From Lingula anatina (taxonomy: Eukaryota > Animalia > Brachiopoda): a stretch of DNA of 64,000 bases. A program made the translations under genes and the position numbers. Of the stretch, positions 40,001 through 53,249 are shown in pieces; the stretch's first letter is position 1, and each line of letters opens with the position of its first letter. Location: NCBI GenBank assembly GCA_051362555.1, contig CM120644.1:23148534-23212533 (forward strand). The letters run 5' to 3'. Under the pieces are notes generated by a model. The model did not search any database and was not told the DNA's origin. It saw only the letters and a list, made by a program, of their open reading frames with translations.

Positions 40001-41870
40001 TGTCTAGATCAGGGTTTAAAGTAAGGTTATAATGTCACCACAGATCAAAAATTTTTCATTATTGAAGTCTATTATTATATCTCGTACCTGTTCATAAGAG
40101 TCTGGAGTATCCCTGTTCGGGCCATAAATGTTGATTAATGTGAATCTATTTTTTTTTTCTATATTTACATCAAGAGCTATAATGTTCTGTGTCTATGTAC
40201 AGCCAAACAAAACTAGGGATATCGGTTGGGGAAGGATACACAGAACCATTTTATTCTAAACTGGGAATTAAGCAAGGCGATAATTTAAGTCCAGTCCTTT
40301 TTAACATTTTCATTGACGATGTAAAAACCGCACTAAACCCAAATGGCGATGAAAAAATGTCCCATATACTGTATGCAGATGACCTGGTGTTGCTCTCAGA
40401 AACAAGTGATGGCTTACAAAAATTATTGTCACGCCTTGAAAAATACTGCAAAAAATGGCAACTCCATGTAAACGTGAAAAAATGCAAAATACTTATATTC
40501 AATAAAGCTGGAAAAACTGAACAGCACATAAAATTTACAATAAATGAAAACATCCTGGAAAATGTTAAAGAATATCCTTATCTAGGCATCACCTTCACTA
40601 ATACAGGTAATCTCAATAAAGCAATGCACAACCTAAAACAAAAAGCATCGAAGGCCATGTTTGCACTAAAAAGCACTATATCCTCCCAAAACATATCTTC
40701 CCCACTATTACAAATGAAGCTATTTGATAGAACCGTAAAACCAATTTTGCTATATGGTAGTGAGGTATGGGGACAAGAAATTCTTAAACAAAAATCACTG
40801 AGCCTAAATAAAATCAATAACATGCCATTCGAGCAAATTCAATTAAAAATGTGCAAATGGGTTTTAGGAGTGAGAAAAACTGCCAGTAATAATGCCTGCA
40901 GAGCAGAATTGGGTAGATACCCAATCCTTACAGATATAATTAAATCTATGCAAAAATATTACATCAGACTTAAAAATCTCCCGAATACAAGAATACTGAA
41001 ACAAACATTTAACGAAGAAAAAATTTTGAAAAAAGATAATTGGACTAAAACAGTGGCGTCATTTAGACAAAATTGGGGAATTCAAAATTGGGATGAAACA
41101 CCAGACATAGAAAAACAAATTAATCTAAAAATTGAAGGACTCTTTTGGGAAGACTTGAGCAAGGAGGACAACAATAAACTGCGTACTTATCGAAAAGTAA
41201 AAAACTCATACGATCTCGAAAATTACTTAAAAATAAAAGCCACAAGCTCAGACAAAAAATACATTGCTAAAATGAGAATCAGTGACCATGAGCTGGCGAT
41301 AGAGAAAGGCAGGCACATGAAAATCCCCCTGGAAGAGAGAATGTGCACAAGCTGTAAAACGGAAATAGAGGACGAAAAACATTTCTTCCTCATTTGTAGT
41401 AAATACCAAAGAGAGCGACAAAATATGCTCAGTTCCCTCCCAAATACAGTGAGACAAAATTATGAATTAGCAGGCAGTGATCAGAAACTATCCATCCTCC
41501 TTAACCCTCGAGACCATAAGTCACTGAAAGCAATATCACATTATATACAGTTAAGAGCACAATGAAGTAGCACTCTCTTTTATGTAAGCATAATATGGTA
41601 GTTTCTGTAGTAGTCTAGACAGCAAACAATGTTAAATTGTAACATTCAAAGCTGAATAAATTATTATTATTATTATTATCATTATTATAAGGTTGCCATC
41701 ATTCGTTTTAAATTCTTTAAGGTACTTGAATTCAAAATTATTATTTATTAAAATTGCAACACCCCGAGAGTTAGTAGAAAAGAAATTAAAATATGCTTTG
41801 TAACCCTATTCTGATATAATCCTTTTTTCTTCATGGCTATCAAAATGGGTATCCTGCAAACATAGTATTT
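37060..41870 (-). mobile_element. Degenerate Tx1/L1-clade LINE ORF2 (APE endonuclease + RT), interrupted by a younger LINE
   Basis: CLQDTH and SRGVAIL (41700-41870), NIYGPN, ARLDFFL..SDHSPV, FEKAFDSV, RQGDPLSP, QYADDT; many frameshifts. Confidence 0.9.
40189..41690 (+). mobile_element. 5'-truncated LINE (RTE-X-like) with an uninterrupted 458-aa RT/C-terminal ORF and (TTA)n tail
   Basis: GIKQGDNLSP, LYADDLVL, ELGRYP, RISDHELAIEKGRH..CTSC..EDEKHFFLIC; AATAAA and TTA repeats at 41655-41690. Confidence 0.9.
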
Positions 41871-42310
41871 AATATTTAACTATAGATTTAATATTTAACT
41901 ATCCGTTTACAAACTGCTCACAATGTGGCTGTATCTAGTGGCTGTTATCGTCATCCTGGCGTCAGTATGGCTGTGGTAGGTACAATATTATATCACTCTC
42001 AAATATTAATGCCGTTTGGATACTTCTTACTTATAAACTGGCATTTTGTAAATATAATCAGTAAACAAGAGAGTGACTTAACGAGAGAACTGAAAATAAT
42101 TATTATAAGTATTATCCCCTCGCTTTGGGGACAAAAGTCGGGGTTCATGTAATCCTGCCTGTCCGTGGGCCCGTGCATTAATAATGCCTGCTATCCCATC
42201 CAGGGACAGATGCAGGATAATTTGAAGGGGGTCCGGAACAACAGGCCTCCGATGCGAAACCGACCATCGCCCCCTTGGTGTTGGGTTCGGGGCCTGCTCA
42301 CGGGCGCTTT

Positions 42311-43030
42311 GCCCTGAGCGTCAGGGCACTATAAAGCCAACTTGCTCACTATTCATACCTTATGGGGTAGCACAATACAGTGCCCCTGGCGAACACCAGT
42401 TAATCTGCAGTAGAATGTCATTTGTCCAAAATGAAACGTAAAGCCTATTTAATTTTGCTTTATTTAATTTTGTTAACTGCATTGAAGATGATATTTGAAA
42501 GATCAATAATATCTTTTCAAAAGAAAAAAATATACTAGATGATTTTTGTTTCTTTCTGCTTATCAAAAAAAAAAAAATTTAAAAAAAAATTGCTACTGAA
42601 GATATAAACACAATACACGTGCTTGCCCTATGCCAAGTTTGACAGCTACACTGTATGTCCGATGCCTCTATAAGGACTGCGCAATGGCTACACCAAAATC
42701 AGTTTTTAAAGCAGAAAAATTCTTGTGTTGTATCACTGACTTTCGATTGCAAGATATTTTTAGTTCAGACTTCAAGCTCCGCGTCACCCACTTTGCTTCT
42801 TTGTCTCGTCTACACGAGATGACGTCAGCGCAAGGCAGAAACGGCAGCTCCAGGCGGGACAGATCTGTGACGTTCGAGACATGTAGCTTCCAAATATGGA
42901 AGCACCCCAGGCAAAGTTTTGCCCAACACACACCCAGTATGTTTTTGGTTGCTAGAGTTAGTATTGCTGACATGGGTTTTATTTGAAATCAAAATCAAGC
43001 TGACAATACTGGAATCTAGAACCTAGGGTA
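42311..43030 (+). repeat. Dispersed ~0.75-kb repeat (possibly Helitron-like), copy A
   Basis: Reverse-complement homology to 55553-56346; terminal hairpin GCCCTGAGCGTCAGGGC; 42335-42418 is repeated again at 43308-43391. Confidence 0.7.
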
Positions 43031-45120
43031 GGGCGCTGATAATTTGTTGGAGTTTTGGAGAGCAAACAGTGCACTTTGGTTCTGTTTAGAACTATGATTT
43101 AGCAAGTCAGAATAAAACGGTTGTTATTGTAGTAAAAGTAAAACATGTGCTTGTCAATAGGGCTTCCCGTTCGTCAAGGCATATACATTGGGATGTTGGG
43201 ATGTCACGCGGATTCTCGCGTTCATTCGAGACCAAAATAACATATGGCGCCATAAGAAAGCAGACGCGTGATGCAATCCTTAGACGTAAGTTGCGAGTTT
43301 TTGCATTAAGCCAACTTGCTCACTATTCATACCTTATGGGGTAGCACAATACAGTGCCCCTGGCGAACACCAGTTAATCTGCAGTAGAATGAAAAACGAA
43401 AAGCCCAGTTGCGCTTCCTTGCAAAGCAACATCGTGAAACACAAAGTTTTCCCGCTGCCTTCACCCAAGTACTTCAAAGGGGCGTGCCAGACATTTAAGC
43501 TGATTACATTGACTGCGCCATAGCGAGGATCCCTCCTAAGATAAATCTATCCTGATGGTACGATAACTTTTATTCTGAACAAAGCCTTATTGTGCGCTTT
43601 GTCCCCAGATGACACACTGTGAATAAGCTACAACAAGCTGTGGCTATAATTATATACAGGATCCTCCATCTTTTTTATCATATATAAGACGTAAGAACAA
43701 TATTCAAATCTGAGGTGGCTCTCTCTAATGGTAAAAACCCAGATAAATTAAGATCCAGAGTTTGTACAAATAAAAATGCATTTTGGATCCCAAATTTTGA
43801 ACAACAAAATGCAGCAAATGGTTCAATGCACTTTAATTTCCATCTAGTCCCAGCCGGTTTGGATGGCATACAGTAAATGGGAACAGATGTATGGAAAAAC
43901 ATATGGGTACGTATTCAAAAGTTTGCCGAGTAATTTGGTGTGCTCCAGGTAGCGTTCAGTTCTTTCTTTGCAGAAAGGACTTACTTTTTAATTCACTAAA
44001 TTATTTAGACATATTACAGAATTTGAGTGTGAACTTAAGCCATTAACTTATTAATTTGATTATAACCAGGCAGTGCATGTCAAGTTCATTTGATGATCTG
44101 CAAAGACACGTGACGTAATTTACATGGATTAATAAAATGCCCAGTGAGGTACATAAAAGATTGCCCGAATGGCAGCTTGTAATTCCACAATAGAAGTGCT
44201 GTCAGCAGGTTATTTTAACAATTAAAATTATTCAGCGAGATGAGACATGGGTATGAATCACTGTCAATCTGAATGCTTAATTTAACAGTGTTGTTTTCAT
44301 TTTAGGATTTACTTCTTCAATTCTCCGAGCATTTTGACTTCAGACGTCGATTTTCTGAGAGAAGTGTTTGTCAAACAGTTCAGTAAATTTTACCAAAGAG
44401 CAGTGAGTAATGGTTTTTACTAATGCCACCCTCCAGAGTTTTTTTTTAATCAATTGCATTACAGTTGTGTTTAAATAAGACACCTGATTCTGCACTGGAA
44501 CTGAGCACATTTGGCTCTTTTTCAGATCCCTGAATTCATAGATACAGAGAACGAAGAAGTGGGGATGCTTTTGGCTAAAGGAAAACGATGGAAGCGATTG
44601 CGATTAGTAAGCAACCCGTCGTTCTCCACCCTAAAAATGAAACAAGTAAGAATGAGAATGATTGTGGAAAGTAAACCGTTTGTTAAGAGAATAAACGTTG
44701 TAAGATAAAATGTTTCTCTCACCAGAGAGCACACAAGCCAGTTGTGTGATTCAATTCCTTTGAGTAATGGTCGAATATCCAAGAGGAAACACCCGAAGAC
44801 ACTACTAGTCTCTTTTAAGAACACTTATTTATTTTACCACCTTTAAAGATGTCACAAGAGAAAGTGAACAACATATACCGCCACTTTGTAAACCCTCTTG
44901 TAGTATCTACTAGTAGCAGGGATTTGCCGGGAACTTTTAGGGCAATGCATACTTTACTTCAATTAACATACTGTGTAAGCAGCATGTGTGGCTGCATATT
45001 ATTGCAGATGGCGCCACTGATCCAGGAATCGGTGAAGAGTTTCATGGAAGCTATGGAAAGGCGTTGTCAGGAGGGAAAGCCGTTTAATATCCATGAGTAA
45101 GTAATGTCGAATTCATGTTT

Positions 45121-45386
45121 TACGTATTGAATAGCCAGTACCCAAAAATTAGATGTCTGCATTAGGATATCATTCAAGACCGTGCGGTATACTTATAGTA
45201 TTTAATCTCGATCTATAATCATACGTAAATCATCTCTCTCTCTCTCTCTCTATTCGTATTGAATAGCCAGTAACCAAAAATTAGATGTCTGCATTAGGAT
45301 ATCATTCAAGACCGTGCGGTATACTTATAGTATTTAATCTCGATCTATAATCATACGTAAATAATCTCTCTCTCTCTCTCTCTCTC
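45121..45386 (+). repeat. ~134-bp tandem duplication ending in (CT)n within a CYP intron
   Basis: CGTATTGAATAGCCAGTA..AAAAATTAGATGTCTGCATTAGG occurs at ~45123 and ~45255. Confidence 0.85.
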
Positions 45387-46869
45387 ATGAAAAGAATAAC
45401 TGAAGAACGACAAAACCTGGTAGTAAATTCATGTAATTTAATATGCCATTTATTTATGTTATGCAATTTAGTGAATTCCAAGGCCTCACCATGGAAGTCA
45501 TCGGCTCGTGTGGTTTTGGTCTCGAGCTGAACTCAGTGCGAGATAAAACGTCACCATTTCTGGCAGCATGTCGTAAATTCTCCGGCACGTCATCACTAGC
45601 GATGATGGCGCCCTTCTTTATTTCCGGTACGCATATGATCACGTCGTGACAAGGTCATCCATCTATTGGCTGGCCTTAAGGTCAGAGTGTCAATTTGATG
45701 CCCTAATAATTTGGGCTTTGAAAACTGTATATAAACCCAAGGATCAATTATCACTGCTACGTTCAATTATCCTTATTTTTTTTACCTGATATGGCCTCCG
45801 GTAGGCACGTTGGGTTACACTGCCCGTCAACCGTGTTCAGCAGAAACAAAATATGTATGTGATCCGTAGCTTATGTTCCTGATTGCAGGGATTTTTCCAT
45901 CGATGACAGGTCTAGCCAAGTTGTGGAACAAATATCTGATGAGAAAGAGGAGGCATGACATAGGCGCACTTGCCAGCGCTGCCATACAGTCCAGATTAAA
46001 TAATCCAAAGGTATAATGAAACTATATTACTGGTAAAAACCTGTCATGGATTGGAATGAATTATGTCTAATAATAATGTGTTCTTAATTCACCAACAAGT
46101 AAGTAAATATAAAAATTTCAAAACGCAAATTAAAGCCCTACGCTTAAACGCCTCTATGAGTTTTGGGTTTTCTTGTAAAATATATATAAAGATCAACGCG
46201 TTAATAATAATAAAATTATTGAATGACATGAGATAGCATATCAGATAAAGTTCAAAAACATGAATGCATGTCATCCCATAAGCGTAAATGCAAAGTAATT
46301 CAGTGACCTATATAAGTTTTGAAAGTGGTTAACAATCACGTGGTGAATTTTCAGTCTCGACGGGTGGATCTCCTACAGTTGATTTTGGACGCCAAAACTG
46401 ACAATCTGGACTCGACTGTACCTCAGGCGATGACGGACAGTGACGTAATATCAACACAAGATGGAGTTGAGGCGGGTCAGCAGAGCGGCACTTCCTCATC
46501 TCAAAGAAGATATTCACAAAAGGTGAAACTCACAGAAAAGGTAAAAGGGCAATCTGGTGTGTGTGGGTGTGTGGGCGCGCGCGTTCGTGTGTGTGTGTGC
46601 ATGTGTGTGTATATGTGTGACTGTGTGACTGTGTGCATCTAAGGAGGAATTCAATGTTTCACGACAATGCATACACCGTAAATGATACTTATTCAAGCGA
46701 ATTCCGCTGTAGCAATATTTGATAGAACCTGCTAATGTGGACGGTTCGAAACCGAATCCGTTTAAGTCTATAAATGGCACTCACGATTAAAACGTTGTTA
46801 ATGTAATAACTGTTTTAATATATAGAATTTTGGTAGGACAACATGAATGGGCGAGCACTGATTGTTAAT

Positions 46870-47728
46870 TGTTAAAAAAAAAAAAAACATAATTTTAATG
46901 TTTCCACCATATGTGCAGTATTTGATACGTACGTTAGTAGTATTTTAAATTATGCATCATAAATATGGGGATTTAATAAGGCAAAGGGTATTTAAAAAAG
47001 TACATACGAATCTTTTGAAAAGAATGTTGTGTGTTAAAGGAAGCACTAGTGATAACTTAGTGTTTTATGAAACGGGGAGATACCCACTTATTTTAGATAG
47101 AAAGCTTTAGCATTATTAAATATTGGTTGAAAATATGTATTAAACAAACAGCTACAAAAATATCCTTAAAATAATTTTGAGTGAAGAAGTTGTATACGGA
47201 ATGAACTTAAATCAATGGGTCTGTGATTTACTTGTTATGAAAACATGTCAGATGTTTGTAAACTTTTTTTGATAAAACAAAGATTGAAATATAATTTTAA
47301 ACAAGTATTGACCCGAGAAATATTCAATGCGAGGAAAGGGTTATTGTATCAACATCTTGTTGATAATTACACAGTGCAATTGTATTTAAATAAGTCAATT
47401 TCCCAGAAAAATTAGGAATGTATCGCAAAATTTAGGCTTTCATCACATAATCTAGCTGTGGAGACTGGAAGTTTCACAGACACAAATAAAAAATTAAGAA
47501 CCTGTAAATTATGTAATTTATACGATGTAGATGATGCATTTCACTTTATCCTTACATGCCCTCACTACAGTACGATTAGGCATGAATACACCAGGACATT
47601 TTATTATACAAAGCCAAGCGTCTTTAAACTAATTAAATTATTATCACTTAACAATGTCTCACACTTAAAGAACTTGAGAAAGTTTTTAAAATATGCATTG
47701 GAGCTAAAATTAGGGTCACTCCGATGAA

Positions 47729-47775
<47 letters not shown>
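46870..47775 (+). mobile_element. Degenerate RTE-X-like LINE 3' fragment in a CYP intron
   Basis: ETGRYP, FRLSSHNLAVETG, CKLC..DDAFHFILTCPHY; (TTA)n tail at 47730-47775. Confidence 0.8.
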
Positions 47776-48454
47776 ATTTGCATCAGAAGTAGTTGTTTTT
47801 GCAGTGACAGTTAAGTCGATGTGACTTTATGTTGTCAATGTATTCCATTCAGATGAGCCGTACGGCTCAAAGGTTTAATAAATTGAATTAATTGTTGACT
47901 TTTATTTCAATCTTTAGGAGATCCGGGCACAGTGTGTAACGTTTTTGTTCGCAGGGTATGAAACCACCAGCACCGCCCTGGCATACGCCGCCTACCACCT
48001 AGCAACGAGTCCAGAGGCACAGAAAACTCTCCAGGCGGAGGTAGACCAATACTGCACTGAAGAGGTAAGTGTCTGCAGGGAAACAACTCTCTTGAAGGGA
48101 AAGAATTATATATTGAAACAGTGTAGGAATATACCTAGTTGAATTCAGATAGTTCTATAGTAAAATAGTTGGATTCAGGCGGCGCCTTTGTACACACTTT
48201 TTAAAGTAAATGGCGGATGTACAAAATCAAGCCCTAAGATCCTATAAAATAATGTAGTGTTTCAAAGTAATTAAACTGCGGTAGGGAGATTAATTTCCAA
48301 GATGAGCCAGTTGTTACTAATAGTTTAAATCACATCGACGCAATTGTATCATGTTGTTGTTGTAATTATATTAATTGGGAATTAGAGATGTTCTGCTTCT
48401 TTTTTGTATAGCTTATTTAATCAGTTTGTCAGTTATGTATCAAATATTATTTTT

Positions 48455-48526
<72 letters not shown>

Positions 48527-48738
48527 ATTCAAATAAATTATATAAATAAATAAAAATAATAGTGAACATAGTATGACAATACACATAGAACAAAAAACAA
48601 TGTAAAGAAGCTTATGCACACATACATACAGCGCACGTGCAGTCATGTTCGCTCGTTTCCTCCTCTGTACGTCAACTGTACAGCAATTATTTTCATAATA
48701 ATAATAATAATAATAATAATAATAGTCAACTGTACATA

Positions 48739-48777
<39 letters not shown>

Positions 48778-51175
48778 CCAATGAAAGTAAGTAGTTGAGA
48801 AGATGTAAAGCAAAGTTTGAAAATCGAAAGCTAAAAGCAAACTGCTCATCAAACTTACACTTTTTTGGATACATGAACTAACTACACGTGGAATAGATGC
48901 ACAATTATTCGACCACTTTACATCATTTTCAAACTAAGCACTTTTTTCAATCAGCTTGAAAAACAATGTATGACATATCGAAACTTTTTTAGGGTCCTCC
49001 ATCGTATGAGACCATAAGTAAGATGCAGTATTTGGACATGTTCTTAAGGGAAGCGCTGCGACTACACCCTATCGCTCCAGAGTAAGTAGCCTCACTAATG
49101 CAAAATAAATCCAATTTTATTCTATATAAAAGTTGCGCATAAGCAGCAGCCATATCTCATTTTGCGCTACAGTACCTAACCGTTAGGGGCCATTCATTTT
49201 TGCCCTCATTCTCACACGTCTTCATAGAGTACACATTTTCCAGACCCTTCGCAAGGTGAAGGTTAAAAAGGTGACCTTCGCCAACACACCCCTAGGTCTG
49301 TGATCATCATTTTATTTTCCCAAAGCACACAGAAGGCATTACCATCAGTGTACGGTTTGTAGACTTGTGAAAATAATGATAAAATGAATAACTCCGTAGT
49401 CAACCATAGGGAGCACGTGCTTTGTCCTGTAATTTTCCCTTACAACAGCCACGCACTAAAAACGAATTCTAAAAAAAAAATGAGATAATTTTTTCGATGA
49501 AATAGGTTTTTTGATACCTCGTGTCGTAATAATTAAAAGTAAGAGTTCCTGAAAAAGTGGTGCGATCATTTTTAAAGGATTGAATCGCATCGGCTGATGC
49601 GTAATGAATTTTAATTCAAATTAAATTTTTAATTCAAATTAAAATTTGTCAAACTACATCTATAAACTAGTATGTTTTCATTAGTGGACCAGGGAGAACT
49701 GCACAGGAATCCAGCACAGTGATGGGTGTTCACATCCCCAAAGGCATGAGTGTTCGCTGTAACATATACAGTATCCACATGGATCCTGAGCACTGGGCAC
49801 CCCCAGACCCCAGCCTCTTCCGTCCTGAACGGTAAGGTGCTGCCATCTATCGATAATCATAGGATTTTGCTATTTATTTGAAGAAAGGTTTTGATTATTT
49901 TTATTTTGACTTGATTTTTTTATTTGTTTATTTTATTTATTTTTAGACAAAGGTGAAACTTAAATTAAATCTCATTTTGGAGTTAACGTTTGAAATGTTT
50001 GAGGTATTAACATTCAAGACTTATCACATTATCTTTTTCGTGTCAGTGACATATTCATCTTCATAATTACTATTGCACAAATTCATTTTTGAGTCAAATT
50101 TAAGCATGCTTGTTTCCGCCCTGTAATTTGAAAGTCTAATGACCTCAGCCAGGCGCATTCATGCTCTGCAATAGTCGTGGGTAAACCAGGTTCACGTGAC
50201 ATGATGTAACACTACGTCATCTTTGTGTTGTTCTTCTATCCAGGTTCACGGCAGAGAGGGTTGCTAAGCGTCACCCCATGGCCTGGCATTGGTATGAGGT
50301 TCGCCCTGATGGAGGCCAAGATGACCTTGGCGTGTCTCGTGAAGAAGTTCAGCGTTGAGACCTGTGCTGAGACGCAGATTCCAGTGGTTCACGTGGCTAG
50401 GGGCACAGTGCAGCCGGAGAAAGGTGTCACCGTGCGTCTTGGAAGGCGGAATGCGGTGGGCAATAAGACTACAAAATAGACATATTAGTTGAACATATTC
50501 ACAAAGTTCCATAGCAAGTGTCACGATTGACGATGTTGTATGACTTATATCTTTCAGAAATAATTAGCTTACATGTTTAAAGTAGAAAAAAATTGAGAAA
50601 TGTGTTCCGTTTAAAATGTTCTATTGTGCGGATGGATGTCGAATTTAGTTGACAAAGAACGGCATTGTATTTGAAAGACATCAAAAAGGATGACTATTAA
50701 CGTGAACAAGTTTTAAAATATGTATATGATTTATTTTAAATTAAAATACATCCCTTAATATTTTATAAATATATGTTTACAGATATATTAAGTCTCTCTG
50801 CATGCTTTTTTTAAAGAACACTAGCTAGGGTGTTATATATTTCAGAATCATCAGTTAGGATTACTATTTCTGTGAACACGTTTTAAGATATGTTTATAAA
50901 TATCTTTATATGTCCCTTAATATCTTATCAATGTATTTTTCAAATGTCACTTTGCATGTTCTTTTAAGAACACTAGCTACACGGTTGGGTGTTTTATAGT
51001 GCAGAGTCATCAGTTATGCTTACTATTTCTGTGAACAAGTTTTAAGATATGTTTTTAAATAACTTTAACTGTTTTTAAATAACTTAAATAACTGCCTGCT
51101 TTTCTTTTCTTTTTTTTTCAAAGGAACACTGGCTAGGGTGTAATATCCCTCGTAATTCCAGCTCTACAGTACGCT

Positions 51176-51267
<92 letters not shown>

Positions 51268-53249
51268 GATGTATGTATACCAATGCAAAGTGATGGATAA
51301 AAAGAATATTGCGTTTTCATTTTATATAAAAATTGATCTATTAATGTGTTGCATTGTTAAATCTGACCACTTTATTGATTTACAAGTTCTGAGAATGGCA
51401 ATAATTTGTCAAACCTTAGCGACAGTTCCTGGAATAAGGTTAATACACAGTAGACCTGGTTTAGTTCCACACACGTTACTGTTATTTCTGTTCTTTCCAT
51501 GTTAAACACACTGTATATATTTATTAATGACTGTTGTTATCAAATGATTTTCACTTTATTCGCACCCTCTGAAGAAATTAAGAACGCACGACCGTTAATA
51601 TAAGCAGAAGGTGTTCAAAAATAATCCTAATATACTGTATACTGTGCACGTTAACAACGGTCCGCTATAAGTCACAGTTTTATTACAGGTTTAAATCCAT
51701 CAGTACAAATAATAAACCACGTGCAACACAAACGTCTTACGGCGCCCTCCACGCGTCGATACTAAAACTGGAAGAATCGTTATTGGCTGAGAGGCACTGT
51801 TGTTTTCAACAAACGTTTACAACTTAATGGCGTCGTCCACTTGCAAAACGACGCTTCGACAACGTCGTCAAAGCTGTTAAAATGGAGACGGTTGCACGGA
51901 TTTGACACTTCCTCGACACTGTAGAAGAGTTAACGGACCGTTTATATAGTGGCATAGCACGGGTATTCACTGCAATCAGGATTAGAGGACCAAAGATGGG
52001 TCTTCTTCTATTATCTTCCCCATTATTTTAACCGTCTGCACCCTCCCACTGTCCCGTCCCTTCACCCTGGATCCCCCAGTAAATATACTGTACCACAAGT
52101 GGCATCATTTGAGCCATCTGGACCCTCAATCTGTGCTTTTATGTTCTGCTTGCTTTCCCAAGTAAATATATCACAAGCGAAAATCATTTTAACCTTCTGG
52201 ACCCTCCTAATGCACTATCCATTCCCCTTTATTATCCCAGTGAATATACCAATAGCGGCATTATTGTTACCCTTTTTAACCATTTGACTGATATGTGAAC
52301 TGTATAAATACACTCTAGCATTTCATCCCAAGTGCTGGACCCATGTTTTTCTTCACATTTATATTATGTTCTTATTGATATTAATTTTTATTTTTGATGG
52401 AGCAATATTTTTTTCTTAGTTACTATAACTCAGCTGTGTCTTTGTGCCCTATTTTTATTCCCTTTAGAGATACCAATGTCGACAAAAACTACTTTTACAC
52501 TCGTTATTAAGAAAAACTCAAATCTGAAGATTGTCTTTCTACCAATTACCTCGTTTAAAATACTGTAACTGTAAACAGAAAATATCCCTTTTACGCATTA
52601 CAAATTTAAATTTACCATGCATTCAAAATTTTCAAATTGTGTCTTACGATTACACCCCCAAATATATATATAATTGACTAAATAATTATGCAAAAAGAAC
52701 ACCAAAATAAATATATATATATTGAACTGAAACATTATCATCTTCCAATCCACAAATTACAATTAAATTAGATAGAGTGGAATTGCATCGTAAGTACCCC
52801 ATCTTCGTGTTCCTATTGACATCCAATTACCGGTTCAATAACAAGAAATTAGAAATACTGTAAACGTCAAAGCCACAAATTACAGACTGCACAGCGACAG
52901 ATATATCTTTACTTCAAGAAACTTCCAATAAGCACTTTGACTATGGTGATCAAAATTTAATGTTGTGAAAAAAAAAAAAAAAAAACACTAAGCCCATTGA
53001 CAAAGTGGACAGTCATTCTTTTTGGAAGCTATGAAAAGGAAACCTTCTAGTCACTCAGACCCAAATGTTAATAGAGTAAAATAACGGAAACTGCAGTTGG
53101 TGCTTCCCATTTTCAGTGCCCATAGTCCGTATTCATATGGAATTCAGTCCTGTTTTTTGACTGTGTATACATTCCTGTATTGTTTGTCCGTATTCAATAT
53201 TTCCCCACCGTCAATGAGTTTCCGTTGTGTGTTATTGTCCCTGTATCTT

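Larger units (their letters stand above)
43854..50479 (+). pseudogene. CYP3-clan cytochrome P450 (CYP3A/TBXAS1-like) with a frameshifting deletion of the heme-binding motif
   Basis: Exons 43854-43906, 44306-44402, 44526-44645 (WKRLR), 45008-45096, 45472-45626, 45889-46010, 46355-46540, 47918-48064 (AGYETTS), 48993-49081 (EALR), 49685-49831 (FRPER), 50244-50479. The last exon reads HPMAW then, out of frame, IGMRFALMEAK; PFGxGPRNC is absent. Membrane-anchor exons were not found. Confidence 0.8.
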
